This document shows, piece after piece, positions 1 to 9,498 of a DNA stretch of 64,000 nucleotides. Within the stretch, counting starts at the first letter, position 1. Every line of letters starts with the position of its first letter. The position numbers and the translations under genes were made by a program. The notes under the pieces were generated by a model, which was not told the origin of the DNA, ran no database searches, and saw nothing but the letters and a program-made list of their open reading frames with translations. The DNA comes from Spirochaetia bacterium (GTDB taxonomy: Bacteria > Spirochaetota > Spirochaetia > DSM-27196 > Salinispiraceae): contig JBBRCZ010000001.1 of the NCBI GenBank assembly GCA_038204425.1, positions 192,001-256,000 of the forward strand. Reading direction: 5' to 3'.

Positions 1-407
1 TCTCTAGTGATGACAGTCTTGTTACATTTACAGAATCTGAGATTTCTGGCGAGCAAACCGGTGACCTTAATTTGGCAATTCTGCGCAATAGTGAAAGCGT
101 ATGGACCGAGAACAATATTTTGCTAGCAAGCAACCTTAAACGAGCAACAGCGTTTAGCATTCAAGGTGAAAAACAATCAATTTTTGAAAACAACCATCTA
201 GTCGGCTCAAGAGATGCTTTGCTACTAGTTGTCACGAGTAAAACTTTTTGGCTTACCATGACCAACAATCTATTGGAAGGTTGGTCATATTTGTTGTCAC
301 AACGAGGTTTGCCAGAAGAAATTAGAACTCAGTCGCTGCAAGACTTAGAAAAAATAGAATCCGGCAAGAGCAAGTTTGGCGCCAACCGGGTTCAAGTTGG
401 ACTCTAA
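1..407 (+). CDS. hypothetical protein, C-terminal part (5'-truncated by window edge)
   Basis: Frame is open from position 3 to TAA at 405-407. Repeated 'xxNNxL' strands (TENNIL, ENNHL, TNNLL) suggest a beta-helix. Confidence 0.6.
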   Translation, partial: SSDDSLVTFTESEISGEQTGDLNLAILRNSESVWTENNILLASNLKRATAFSIQGEKQSIFENNHLVGSRDALLLVVTSKTFWLTMTNNLLEGWSYLLSQRGLPEEIRTQSLQDLEKIESGKSKFGANRVQVGL

Positions 408-421
408 GAACCTTGTTTGCC

Positions 422-1663
422 TTACTCCCAAGTCCAAATTAATGCAGGGCTTATTAGATTTTCGGGGTCGGATTTGATGTAAGCGCCCCAAAGACCAAGT
501 CCTGGCACAAGTGCAAAGGCTGGTAGACGTTCGGAGTTTAGACCACCAGGGTTGGCCAAGAATATGTCCGGATTAGTTGATAAATCGGTGCTGCTAGGAT
601 AGAAGTTGGTTGAGCCGTAGTTCCCTGCTTCTCTTGAGAAAGCGGTCGCGGTTAAACTTGGTGCTGTTGTAACCGTAAAAAGTCCTTTGTTGCTGGTGCT
701 TGCAAGTACAATATTTTGGTTGCCTACTACTGCAGGGTTTTTGTCTTGCATACTAAAGACTTCGATATCAATAAATTTTGCATCGGCGATGGTAAAGGTT
801 GACCAAGTTGTTGCATTGTAAAAAAATAGACGATTTTTTGAGCTGGTCACAAAGACACTTGTTCCTGAAACTACCATGTTGGTCAAAGCAGGGAAAGTTT
901 CAGACCCTGCTAGTGCTTCTACTGCAAAGTCGGTAACAAGATCAGTGTTCTTAAATAAGCCGTATGATTTTAGAAGCCAATAGTTACTTCCATCATGAGA
1001 AACCTTTAGAAATGAATCCGAGTCAACACCTTGACCGCTAGTGATGTTTATTTTAGTCCAAGTAGCTCCGGTAAGGTAATATAGATTGTACTTAAAGCCA
1101 CTATTTGGACTGTCGGATTTTTTGCTCTGTAAAAACAATTGATTGTTTGCACTAAATAGCAGATCCGCAATCTGACCGGTTTCTAGGCCTGATAGCGAAA
1201 CATCGCTCCATGTTGCACTCTCTGCTTGCGCGAGACTAGAAAATGAGGTCTTTCTGAGCACTTGCGTATTATTTTCAGGAAGTGCGTCTGCGTTGCCAAT
1301 AAAGGTAGCATATAGTTCGTTATTGTACGTCGCGATTGATGCAACGGCTAATCTAGCTCCAAGGCTGACCGTCTTCCATGTTCCTATTGAACCAGAATCG
1401 GGAAAACTTGCGGTATTGGGAACATCTGCAACGTACAAAACGCTTCCTTTGAGGATGTATAGACTATTGTACCTTACTATATCGGTATAAGTTGCTCCGT
1501 CTTTGCCAAGGCCGCTATCTTTCTTGGAAATCGGTTCCTCTATTGATAGGGCGTAAAAAAGTCCTGAGCTTTGTCCACTACAGCCCGCTAGAAAAATTAT
1601 TGTCGTAAAAATAATGCAAAGGCATAGTAGGCCATGGCTTGGAACACGCTTTGGGTGTGTCAT
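422..1663 (-). CDS. putative lipoprotein, beta-rich
   Basis: 413-aa ORF, SD AGGAG, hydrophobic signal with lipobox FLAGC. Confidence 0.7.
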   Translation of the reverse strand: MTHPKRVPSHGLLCLCIIFTTIIFLAGCSGQSSGLFYALSIEEPISKKDSGLGKDGATYTDIVRYNSLYILKGSVLYVADVPNTASFPDSGSIGTWKTVSLGARLAVASIATYNNELYATFIGNADALPENNTQVLRKTSFSSLAQAESATWSDVSLSGLETGQIADLLFSANNQLFLQSKKSDSPNSGFKYNLYYLTGATWTKINITSGQGVDSDSFLKVSHDGSNYWLLKSYGLFKNTDLVTDFAVEALAGSETFPALTNMVVSGTSVFVTSSKNRLFFYNATTWSTFTIADAKFIDIEVFSMQDKNPAVVGNQNIVLASTSNKGLFTVTTAPSLTATAFSREAGNYGSTNFYPSSTDLSTNPDIFLANPGGLNSERLPAFALVPGLGLWGAYIKSDPENLISPALIWTWE

Positions 1664-1675
1664 TGTTTTCTCCTG

Positions 1676-2329
1676 TTAGAAACTGTAGAGAGCTGAAAGG
1701 GTGATTTCAAGAAGATTGCCGACTCTTGACTGAGAGAATATTGGATTGGCGTCTGCATAAACTTCAGGTAACCAAGTGTAGGCAAGGTTGAGTCCAAACG
1801 ACCAGTTGGAGGTCGCATCAATAAAGAACCCAGCTTCTGTCCTCAATCCAAAGCCAACATAGCTCAATTCTTTGTATGCTAAGATACTTAAGCCTGGGCT
1901 TATAGAAACAGGAATCTGAAAATTGTCGATTCTAAAGAAGCTTGACAAGCGTGGTCCAACCAAAACCGAACCAAACACGCCTTCGTTGGGGCCGGCTGCC
2001 AAACGACCACTCAAATCCAAACCAATTGCGAAAGTGTTGTCTAAGAATGCACTCCAGCGCAGTGCACCAGAGCCACCTACGTTGAGCCCTGCACCAGGCT
2101 TAAAGCTTTCGCTTTCGCTCAGACCTGGAGTGGTGCTATAAGAGAATAGCGGCACTAAAAGCCCCAGATCTATTTGAAAAATTTGGTTACCTAGAATACG
2201 AGGCGCTATGATTTGGTTTGGGTCAATTTCTTGGGGAAGCTCTTGAGAACTAATTGAAATTGGCATTAGAACAATGGCAAACGTCGCCAGACTAACAATA
2301 CGTGTAAAAAACCTCACCGATGACCTCAC
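1676..2329 (-). CDS. TP0733-like (OmpW/OprG-type) outer membrane beta-barrel protein
   Basis: Signal peptide, alternating amphipathic strands, C-terminal 'LSALYSF' beta-signal. Adjacent to folD, as recalled for Treponema. Confidence 0.7.
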   Translation of the reverse strand: MRSSVRFFTRIVSLATFAIVLMPISISSQELPQEIDPNQIIAPRILGNQIFQIDLGLLVPLFSYSTTPGLSESESFKPGAGLNVGGSGALRWSAFLDNTFAIGLDLSGRLAAGPNEGVFGSVLVGPRLSSFFRIDNFQIPVSISPGLSILAYKELSYVGFGLRTEAGFFIDATSNWSFGLNLAYTWLPEVYADANPIFSQSRVGNLLEITLSALYSF

Positions 2330-2425
2330 TTGATTTGCAACAACAGTATCATGACTATAACTGTCTATTCAATCTAATGTTACAGACTTATGTTACAGAT
2401 ACAGTATGCTTGGAACAAGCGTCCC

Positions 2426-2454
2426 TTGAAAAATGTGGCCTATTGTGTTAAACA
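2426..2454 (+). promoter_or_regulatory. putative sigma70 promoter of folD (leaderless)
   Basis: TTGAAA-17 nt-TGn-TAAACA ending 6 nt before ATG 2461; no SD. Confidence 0.45.
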
Positions 2455-2460
2455 GCGACT

Positions 2461-3366
2461 ATGGTAGCAAGCAAAATATTGGATGGTAAAATTGCAGCAA
2501 GCACAATTAGAGCTGCGATTAAAGTGTCAGTTGCCGCACTCGGGAAGAAGTCAGTAGTTCCAGGTCTGGCAGTGGTCTTGGTTGGAGACAATCCAGCCAG
2601 CCACAGTTACGTTAAAGGAAAGACTGAGGCTTGCCAGGCTGCAGGAATACGGACCTTTGACCACACTCTGAGCGCGGATCTATTAGAGAAAGATCTCTTG
2701 AGCCTTATTGAAAAATTGAACCACGACGAGGCAGTACATGGCATATTGGTACAACTGCCACTACCTTCCCACGTAGATACTGACTTAGTAATCGCGAGTA
2801 TTGATCCACTTAAGGATGTAGACGGGTTTCATCCACTAAATGTTGGCAGAATGGTGCTTGGTCAAGATAGTTTCTTGCCTTGTACGCCACATGGAATTCT
2901 TAAACTACTCGAGGTCTTTGAGATTCCAGTCCAAGGCAAACATGTAGTTATCTGTGGCCGCAGCGACATTGTTGGCAAGCCACTTGCAAATCTACTTCTC
3001 AAAAAAGGAAGTTTTGCTGATGCCACGGTAACTGTCTGTCATTCTCGTACCAAAAATCTTTCGCACTATACGCTGCAAGCGGATATTGTCGTCGCGGCGA
3101 TGGGCAAAGCCAAGTTCATAGGTGCCGAAATGATTAAACAAGGGGCAGTTGTTATTGATGTTGGCGTCAACCGCATTGCAGATCCAAGTAAAAAAAGCGG
3201 ATTCAGTTTGGTCGGAGATGTTGACTTTGAGGCATGTTTAAATAAAGCAAGTTGGATCAGTCCGGTTCCAGGCGGTGTTGGTCCGATGACTATAACTATG
3301 CTTTTACACAACACGATGATATCTGCTATGCGACACCATAACATTTCTATGGACTTGGCAGTTTAG
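2461..3366 (+). CDS. folD: methylenetetrahydrofolate dehydrogenase/cyclohydrolase
   Basis: Motifs GILVQLPLP, KDVDGFHP, PCTPHG, GRSDIVGKP, PVPGGVGPMT. Confidence 0.97.
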   Translation: MVASKILDGKIAASTIRAAIKVSVAALGKKSVVPGLAVVLVGDNPASHSYVKGKTEACQAAGIRTFDHTLSADLLEKDLLSLIEKLNHDEAVHGILVQLPLPSHVDTDLVIASIDPLKDVDGFHPLNVGRMVLGQDSFLPCTPHGILKLLEVFEIPVQGKHVVICGRSDIVGKPLANLLLKKGSFADATVTVCHSRTKNLSHYTLQADIVVAAMGKAKFIGAEMIKQGAVVIDVGVNRIADPSKKSGFSLVGDVDFEACLNKASWISPVPGGVGPMTITMLLHNTMISAMRHHNISMDLAV

Positions 3367-4155
3367 ATGTCCTTGCAAGATGTTCAAAATCGCGCCGACT
3401 CGAGAAATTTGGCCATCAACAAAGTTGGTATCAAGAATTTGCGCTACCCGATAGTAGTCAAAGATCGCGACCACCAAATCCAGAATACTGCGGCTACCAT
3501 TAGTCTCTATGCCAATTTGCCTCACCATTTTAAAGGCACCCACATGAGCCGATTTATTGAGGTTTTTCAGCGTCATTCCAGGCGAATAAGCATGCGCAAC
3601 TTTTTGTCTATCCTAGAAGAGATAAAGCTTGTACTCGATGCGGACTCGGCATTTGGGTCAATAGAGTTTCCGTATTTTATTGAAAAAAAAGCCCCCGTTA
3701 CCCAGCAACTTGGAATGATGCAGTACCTTTGCAGTTTTGAGGGAGAAGTTGGTATTGCTAGTTCTCAGTTCTTTGTGACGGTCGAGGTGCCCGTGTTAAC
3801 TCTGTGTCCTTGTTCAAAAGAAATTTCATCCAGAGGCGCCCACAATCAACGTAGTTTTTGTAAAGTGAGGTTGCAAACAGGGAAGGACTTTTTTTGGATT
3901 GAGGATATTATCACCGCAGTTGAGTCTTGTGCTTCCAGCGGCCTCTACTCAGTCCTAAAACGTGAAGATGAACGGTACGTCACTGAATACTCGTACGATC
4001 ATCCAGTTTTTGTGGAAGATTTGGTACGTGAAGTAACGCTCAAGATTGAAGCAATGAATTTATTTCCATGGTTTATGGTTGAAGCAGAAAACGAAGAAAG
4101 CATTCATCTACATAATGCCTATGCCTGTATCGAACGAGGAAGCAAAACTAAATAG
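3367..4155 (+). CDS. folE2: GTP cyclohydrolase IB
   Basis: Motifs KGTHMSRF, LCPCSKEIS, GAHNQR, LKREDE, ESIHLHNAYA. Confidence 0.95.
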   Translation: MSLQDVQNRADSRNLAINKVGIKNLRYPIVVKDRDHQIQNTAATISLYANLPHHFKGTHMSRFIEVFQRHSRRISMRNFLSILEEIKLVLDADSAFGSIEFPYFIEKKAPVTQQLGMMQYLCSFEGEVGIASSQFFVTVEVPVLTLCPCSKEISSRGAHNQRSFCKVRLQTGKDFFWIEDIITAVESCASSGLYSVLKREDERYVTEYSYDHPVFVEDLVREVTLKIEAMNLFPWFMVEAENEESIHLHNAYACIERGSKTK

Positions 4156-4200
4156 CCTAGCAAGTGTTCTTGCATCCCGTGCGTCCCCAAGGAGTATCTC

Positions 4201-5451
4201 GTGTCAAAAGATTTTAAGGCAATGTACCATGAAATAAACAAAGACCATTTTCCAAAAAATGTTAAAATCAGCTTTGATGATGGCGAAAAGTCACAGACGC
4301 TATGCTATCAAAAAGTTGAGTGGAACATTGCTGGAGAACTACGCGGGCTGCGCTATGGCGAAAATCCCGATCAAGAAGCAGCAATGTATAAGCTAGTCAA
4401 TGGTAATCTTCGACTAGGCGAAGTTGAGAGTATATTACCTGGAAATTTTCTTGCCAGTGATCCAGAACTTATTCAGTCTGGAAAACATCCAGGCAAAATT
4501 AATCTCACTGACATAGATAGTGCGATAGGAATTTTGCGCTACATGGATCAGCAACCATGTACGGTTATCGTCAAGCACAACAATCCGTCTGGTGTTGCCA
4601 TGGCAGACAGTTTGCACCAATCATACGAGAAAGCCTACTATGCAGACAGAATCGCAGCCTTTGGTGGAGCCATCGCCGTCAATAGAAGCCTAGACATTGC
4701 CACCGCGCAACTGATTTGTGCCCAATACTGCGAAGTGGTGGCTGCACCCGAGTTTGAAGAAGGCGTCCTAGCGCTTTTTGAAAAAAAGAAGAACCTGAGA
4801 GTTATGCGCATTGGAAACATGGCAAAACTGGCCAATTTTGATACAAGTCGTTTTGTCGATTTCAAAAGTCTAATCGACGGTGGCTTGGTATTGCAATGGT
4901 CTTTTTCACCGATCGTAAGGCATCCCGATCAACTTTTTGCTGCCAAAGCAAGTCACCAAGGCAAGAACTACCAAGTCAACCGAGAACCGACAATCCAAGA
5001 AACCGAAGACATGGTTTTTGGCTGGCTTGTCGAGGCTGGGGTGAGTTCAAACTCTGTTCTCTATGTAAAAGACAAGGTTACCGTTGGAATCGGAACCGGA
5101 GAACAAGATAGAGTAGGAGTAGCAGAAATAGCTCGAGACAAGGCTTATAAAAAAAGAGCAGATTTTTACGCGTGGAAGAAATATAACCAAGCCCTTTCTC
5201 AAATTGTAGACCAAGATCAGCTGGCAGAAATAGCTGGTATAGTTGAGTCAGAAAATGGGGGTCTTAAAGGAAGTGTTATGGTCTCTGACGCATTCTTCCC
5301 CTTTAGAGATGGTGTCGATGTTGGTCTCAAGGAAGGTGTCAAAGCGGTTGTGCAACCTGGTGGTTCTCTACGCGACTACGAGGTAATCGAGGCTTGCAAT
5401 GAGTATGGTGCGAGCATGATGTTTACTGGACAGCGAAGTTTCAAGCATTAA
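4201..5451 (+). CDS. purH: AICAR transformylase (PurH-like, lacking the N-terminal IMP cyclohydrolase domain)
   Basis: Motifs LRYGENPDQ, VKHNNPSG, SDAFFPFRDG, QPGGSLRD. GTG start with SD AAGGAG; only 416 aa. Confidence 0.85.
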   Translation: MSKDFKAMYHEINKDHFPKNVKISFDDGEKSQTLCYQKVEWNIAGELRGLRYGENPDQEAAMYKLVNGNLRLGEVESILPGNFLASDPELIQSGKHPGKINLTDIDSAIGILRYMDQQPCTVIVKHNNPSGVAMADSLHQSYEKAYYADRIAAFGGAIAVNRSLDIATAQLICAQYCEVVAAPEFEEGVLALFEKKKNLRVMRIGNMAKLANFDTSRFVDFKSLIDGGLVLQWSFSPIVRHPDQLFAAKASHQGKNYQVNREPTIQETEDMVFGWLVEAGVSSNSVLYVKDKVTVGIGTGEQDRVGVAEIARDKAYKKRADFYAWKKYNQALSQIVDQDQLAEIAGIVESENGGLKGSVMVSDAFFPFRDGVDVGLKEGVKAVVQPGGSLRDYEVIEACNEYGASMMFTGQRSFKH

Positions 5452-5468
5452 ATACCGATACTATTGTC

Positions 5469-6422
5469 ATGCATAGCTTGGTTCAAAAAATAAAAATTTT
5501 TTTTCTATCGTGCGCAATTTTTATTCTTGCTACTCTGAGCCTGTCAGCACAGGCAATTGTTTTAGGTCAGGCAGAAAACTATCTCGTTATAGCCAAAAAA
5601 CTTATAACAGAAGAAAAGAATGTATTTAAGTTAAAAAATAGAATACAGGCTCTGTTAGTTAACGCCGATTCAAGTCAAAAAAGTGCGCTCAACTTCGTGC
5701 TGGGCAAAGTTCATATGGATTTATTGGAATTTGCCCTAGCCAAGTCTAATTTTGTTTCGGCATTGCCACTAGTTAATGCCCATTTGGAACTACTGCGCAT
5801 TGCACTTTTGGAAGCTGATCGAGCAGGTTTTGAAGTTCTTTTGGCGAAACTCCCCGCTACAAATACTATGAATGTAGAAGAGCGCCGCCAATTGAAGTCT
5901 ATAATCTCGATGGCGCAACTTCTGTTTGAGGATTTTCTTGGCCTCGAAAAAACGATCGGCGATCCGCAGGGATCTGAAGAGTTGGCCTTAAGCTATTTGC
6001 TTGCGCAAAAAAGGGTCAATCAGTCTCTGACTAGTTCTAGCATTAAGAAGCTAGACCAATCATATGCAAACTCTTTGTGGGCTTTGTCATTGCGTTTTTC
6101 GGTCAATGAAAGAATAGGTTTTGACTTGGCCCGCGGATTTTTGACGGGTTTTTCAAATACTTGGCCCCAGAATCAAGAAGAAACCGAGGCACCAAGCAAT
6201 GGATTGGAAGTACTGCAGGTCGGAATATTTACTGACAAAAAGAATGCCGAAAGTTTGCTTGCCAAACTAAGCAAGTTTGGATTCTTAGCGAGGTTAGAAA
6301 CTTTAGATTCGCGTAAACCAGTTCGCTTTAGAATAGTTGTCGACATTTCCAGAGGTCTAGATCCGCAGGACATAATATTGTCCTTAAAAGAAAAAGGAAT
6401 TGAGGCTTTCTTAAGCAAGTAA
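5469..6422 (+). CDS. SPOR-domain (peptidoglycan-binding) periplasmic protein
   Basis: Signal peptide, helical middle, C-terminal LQVGIFTDKKNAESL...LKEKGIEAF. Confidence 0.8.
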   Translation: MHSLVQKIKIFFLSCAIFILATLSLSAQAIVLGQAENYLVIAKKLITEEKNVFKLKNRIQALLVNADSSQKSALNFVLGKVHMDLLEFALAKSNFVSALPLVNAHLELLRIALLEADRAGFEVLLAKLPATNTMNVEERRQLKSIISMAQLLFEDFLGLEKTIGDPQGSEELALSYLLAQKRVNQSLTSSSIKKLDQSYANSLWALSLRFSVNERIGFDLARGFLTGFSNTWPQNQEETEAPSNGLEVLQVGIFTDKKNAESLLAKLSKFGFLARLETLDSRKPVRFRIVVDISRGLDPQDIILSLKEKGIEAFLSK

Positions 6423-6450
6423 GCTCAATAATCACGGGCTGACTGACCGG

Positions 6451-7956
6451 CTATTCGACCTCACTAGAGTAAAATTCTAGCCGGATTATTTCACCACTGT
6501 TTTTTTCTACACCATTGATGTTAGTCCTTGCCGGAATCAATTCTAAAAACCGTCCAATGGTTGCATTTCTAGGATCAAGAAGTTTAACAATATAGTATTT
6601 TTTTTCTTCAACAATGCCGCTATCGCTGACAAACTGCAGTTCTAAAACTGTTTCATTGGTCTCATAGGTAAGATAGGAACCTTTGCGAACTATCCCGTTT
6701 TGGCGCCAATAAAAAAACGGTGCAGTGAAAATTAGCTCATGTTTTTTTTCGTCTCGGTAGATCCCTGATAGAATCAAGCGGTTAATTGGAATTCCTGACC
6801 TTGAGTCTCGCTTGGAAAATCGACTGTCTTGGTCAAAATCTACGCGAACATAGCTACCCGTCCAGTTGTTCTTATCTTGTAGCGAAAACTCGATAGAGTC
6901 TACAGCAATTGGAACAATGATAGCGGTACTGCGCAGTGTTTTAAATGCTTCGTTGACGAGATACATCTCCATCCTGCCATAGGCGCTGGGTTTTCCGCTG
7001 GATCGCCAAATGTGAGATTCTAGTCTGTCTCCTTCGATTATACGAAACGAGCGGTACTCAGGGTCAAAGAAAAGGATTTGTTCAATAGAACGCTGCCTAG
7101 AATTGATTGAAGTTCTTTTCCAAGCACCGGCTAGAAACTTTTCCATACTTTCGGTTCCGCTCTTAAACAGCACTTCCATTTGCTTATTTTGGATTAACTT
7201 TCCTGAGATGTTTTGGCTTGAAGAAAAAACAAAAGTATCTTGATTGGTCTGCCAGCGATAAACACTTTCCTGGAGGTCGGAACTGGTGTTTTCTTCACCA
7301 ATCTTATTTTGAACCACAACAGAAAACTCGGCCTGTGATTGGTTAAACTCGCCGTCGGTTTCTTGCCGTTGCCTAAGTTCTATGCCAATACTGGCGCTTA
7401 CACTCAATATTGACTTCATTTGCAAAGGAAACAACGATCTGCTTGTGTCCATCTTGAAGATATCCATGGTTTGCAGTCCGTTTGCGTCCACTCCATTTGC
7501 AAGAATGTCCGGTATTCCATCGCCCGTTATATCCACAAATCTAAGCGAAAACTGGCGAGCGTTAACGGCCTTAGTGGCCGTACTCCAGCTCAAAGAATGT
7601 TCACTACGATTTGAGTCAAAGTCCGACACTGCTAGGCGAATTAGATCAGATAAGTCATTTTTATTTTTGTAGATGATAATCTGTTCAAGGGCAGTATCCG
7701 TATCCAAATTGGCTTCAAGTGTGAGTTGAATCAAAAAATCGTCCGGAATTGCTGCCTTGGTACTAACTCCAGTTTGCGAGCTACTCTGTCCTGCCTCTGG
7801 ATTACTTGATTTATAGAAGCTTATGCCGTCACTTGCAATTGGGGATTTTAAGCCAAACTCTAAGCCATTTTTGACATCAATAGCTGGATCTTGGCTACAC
7901 GAGGCAGCAATGAACAAAAAAAACGAAAGAGTTGACCAATAGACTATTTTTTTCAC
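6451..7956 (-). CDS. pallilysin-related adhesin-like lipoprotein
   Basis: Likely GTG start at 7956 (MKKIVYW...IAASC lipobox); the longer ORF call overlaps purB. Ca-binding-like NLDTDTALEQI and DITGDGIPDIL motifs. Confidence 0.6.
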   Translation of the reverse strand: MKKIVYWSTLSFFLFIAASCSQDPAIDVKNGLEFGLKSPIASDGISFYKSSNPEAGQSSSQTGVSTKAAIPDDFLIQLTLEANLDTDTALEQIIIYKNKNDLSDLIRLAVSDFDSNRSEHSLSWSTATKAVNARQFSLRFVDITGDGIPDILANGVDANGLQTMDIFKMDTSRSLFPLQMKSILSVSASIGIELRQRQETDGEFNQSQAEFSVVVQNKIGEENTSSDLQESVYRWQTNQDTFVFSSSQNISGKLIQNKQMEVLFKSGTESMEKFLAGAWKRTSINSRQRSIEQILFFDPEYRSFRIIEGDRLESHIWRSSGKPSAYGRMEMYLVNEAFKTLRSTAIIVPIAVDSIEFSLQDKNNWTGSYVRVDFDQDSRFSKRDSRSGIPINRLILSGIYRDEKKHELIFTAPFFYWRQNGIVRKGSYLTYETNETVLELQFVSDSGIVEEKKYYIVKLLDPRNATIGRFLELIPARTNINGVEKNSGEIIRLEFYSSEVE

Positions 7957-8020
7957 AAAATCACTATGTCGGAAGATCAAAAAAAAATCCACACTGCGCC
8001 ACCGTAGCGCGAGATTACCT

Positions 8021-8049
8021 TTGACAAAGACCCTTGTCTTTGTCATGAT
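8021..8049 (+). promoter_or_regulatory. sigma70 promoter of purB operon with overlapping 10-bp inverted repeat
   Basis: TTGACA-17 nt-TGn-CATGAT, ATG 5 nt later. Palindrome TGACAAAGAC-cctt-GTCTTTGTCA at 8022-8045. Confidence 0.65.
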
Positions 8050-8054
8050 ACGAC

Positions 8055-9479
8055 ATGGAAACAAGAAACATTTATGATAATATCTCCGCTTTAGACCATC
8101 GTTACTCGGTTTCAGACCCAGCACTGTTTAAGCAACTGAGCGCTTATTTTGCAGAATCATCATTTGTCCGATATTGCGTACGAGTAGAACTAGCCTTAGT
8201 ACGTGCGCATTTGCATTTTCAAGGTGATGATCAGAATGCTGATGTTAAACTATTGGATGGTTTAGAAGACAGGATCGATCCGGCTGAAGTATATGAAGAA
8301 GAAAATAAGACACGTCACAATATTCGGGCCTTAGTCAATGTAATTAAGCGGCACGTTCCTGATTCATTAAATTCTTTGGTTCACTTGGGAGCCACCAGTG
8401 TTGACATTCTTGATACCGCCCAGTCCTTACGGATTAGAGATGGCATTCAAAAACTTATAATTCCAAAGATCGAAGAATGCCTTGCTCTGCTCGCTGCTTG
8501 GTCAGAAAAAGAAGCGGAGACTGCGCAGATTGGTAGAACACACGGGCAGTACGCGGTACCCATCACTCTTGGATATGCTTTTGCCGAATATACCAGTCGA
8601 TTGGGCAAGAGTCTATTGGAAATCGTACGACTCAGTGATCAGCTTGCTGGAAAGATCGCGGGTGCAGTAGGTGCCTACAATGCTACCAGTCTTTTGTATG
8701 CGGACCCCGAAGCTTTTGAAATCTATACCTTGGGATTATTAGAACTTCAGGCCTCAGAACACAGCACCCAACTTGTTGAACCTGAGTATCTATTACGTAT
8801 CCTTTTGGAAATAAACATTGCCTTTGGCATTATTGCCAATTTAGCTGATGATCTTCGCCATTTGCAACGCAGTGAAATAGATGAAGTTAGAGAATACTTC
8901 GCACCAGACCAAGTCGGCTCCAGTACTATGCCTCAAAAGAGAAATCCATGGAATGCTGAGCACGTGAAGAGTCTTTGGAAGGCCTTTTCACCACGTGTAG
9001 TGACGTTCTTTATGGATCAGATCTCAGAACATCAACGAGATCTGAGCAACTCGGCATCGGGTCGATTTGTTACAGACTATTTGACTGGTTTTACTTTGGC
9101 TGTCAGTCGCATGAACAACATCCTTCAAGGATTAAGTGTAAGACCGGAAGGACTCGCGGAAAACTTACGCAAGGGTGGTGCAGGTGTATTGGCCGAGGCC
9201 GCTTACATTCTGCTTGGAAAAAAGGGCGAAAAAGACGGGCATGAGATCATTAGACAATTAACTATAAAGGCCGAACGCGAAAAAACAAACTTTATTGACG
9301 TACTCAAAGCTGATGCTGCTTTGTGGCAACGTTTGCAGGACGCTTTAGCAGAAGTCAACGGTCCAAAGGCAGAGCTGTTTTTTGCCAGCCCCGAGTTGTA
9401 TCGTGGAAAATCCGCCGAAAAAGCAAGAGCAATCGCAAAAAAATGGAAGAAGTACCTAGAAACCAAATCCCAACCATGA
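8055..9479 (+). CDS. purB: adenylosuccinate lyase
   Basis: Motifs HLGATSVDILD, GRTHGQYAVP, GSSTMPQKRNP, EHQRDLSNS. Confidence 0.95.
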   Translation: METRNIYDNISALDHRYSVSDPALFKQLSAYFAESSFVRYCVRVELALVRAHLHFQGDDQNADVKLLDGLEDRIDPAEVYEEENKTRHNIRALVNVIKRHVPDSLNSLVHLGATSVDILDTAQSLRIRDGIQKLIIPKIEECLALLAAWSEKEAETAQIGRTHGQYAVPITLGYAFAEYTSRLGKSLLEIVRLSDQLAGKIAGAVGAYNATSLLYADPEAFEIYTLGLLELQASEHSTQLVEPEYLLRILLEINIAFGIIANLADDLRHLQRSEIDEVREYFAPDQVGSSTMPQKRNPWNAEHVKSLWKAFSPRVVTFFMDQISEHQRDLSNSASGRFVTDYLTGFTLAVSRMNNILQGLSVRPEGLAENLRKGGAGVLAEAAYILLGKKGEKDGHEIIRQLTIKAEREKTNFIDVLKADAALWQRLQDALAEVNGPKAELFFASPELYRGKSAEKARAIAKKWKKYLETKSQP

Positions 9480-9498
9480 AGAGAAGGAGTTGTCACTT

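Noticed and set aside
7957..8124. N-terminal extension of the 557-aa ORF
   Set aside because: Overlaps purB and its promoter; the signal peptide begins at GTG 7956.
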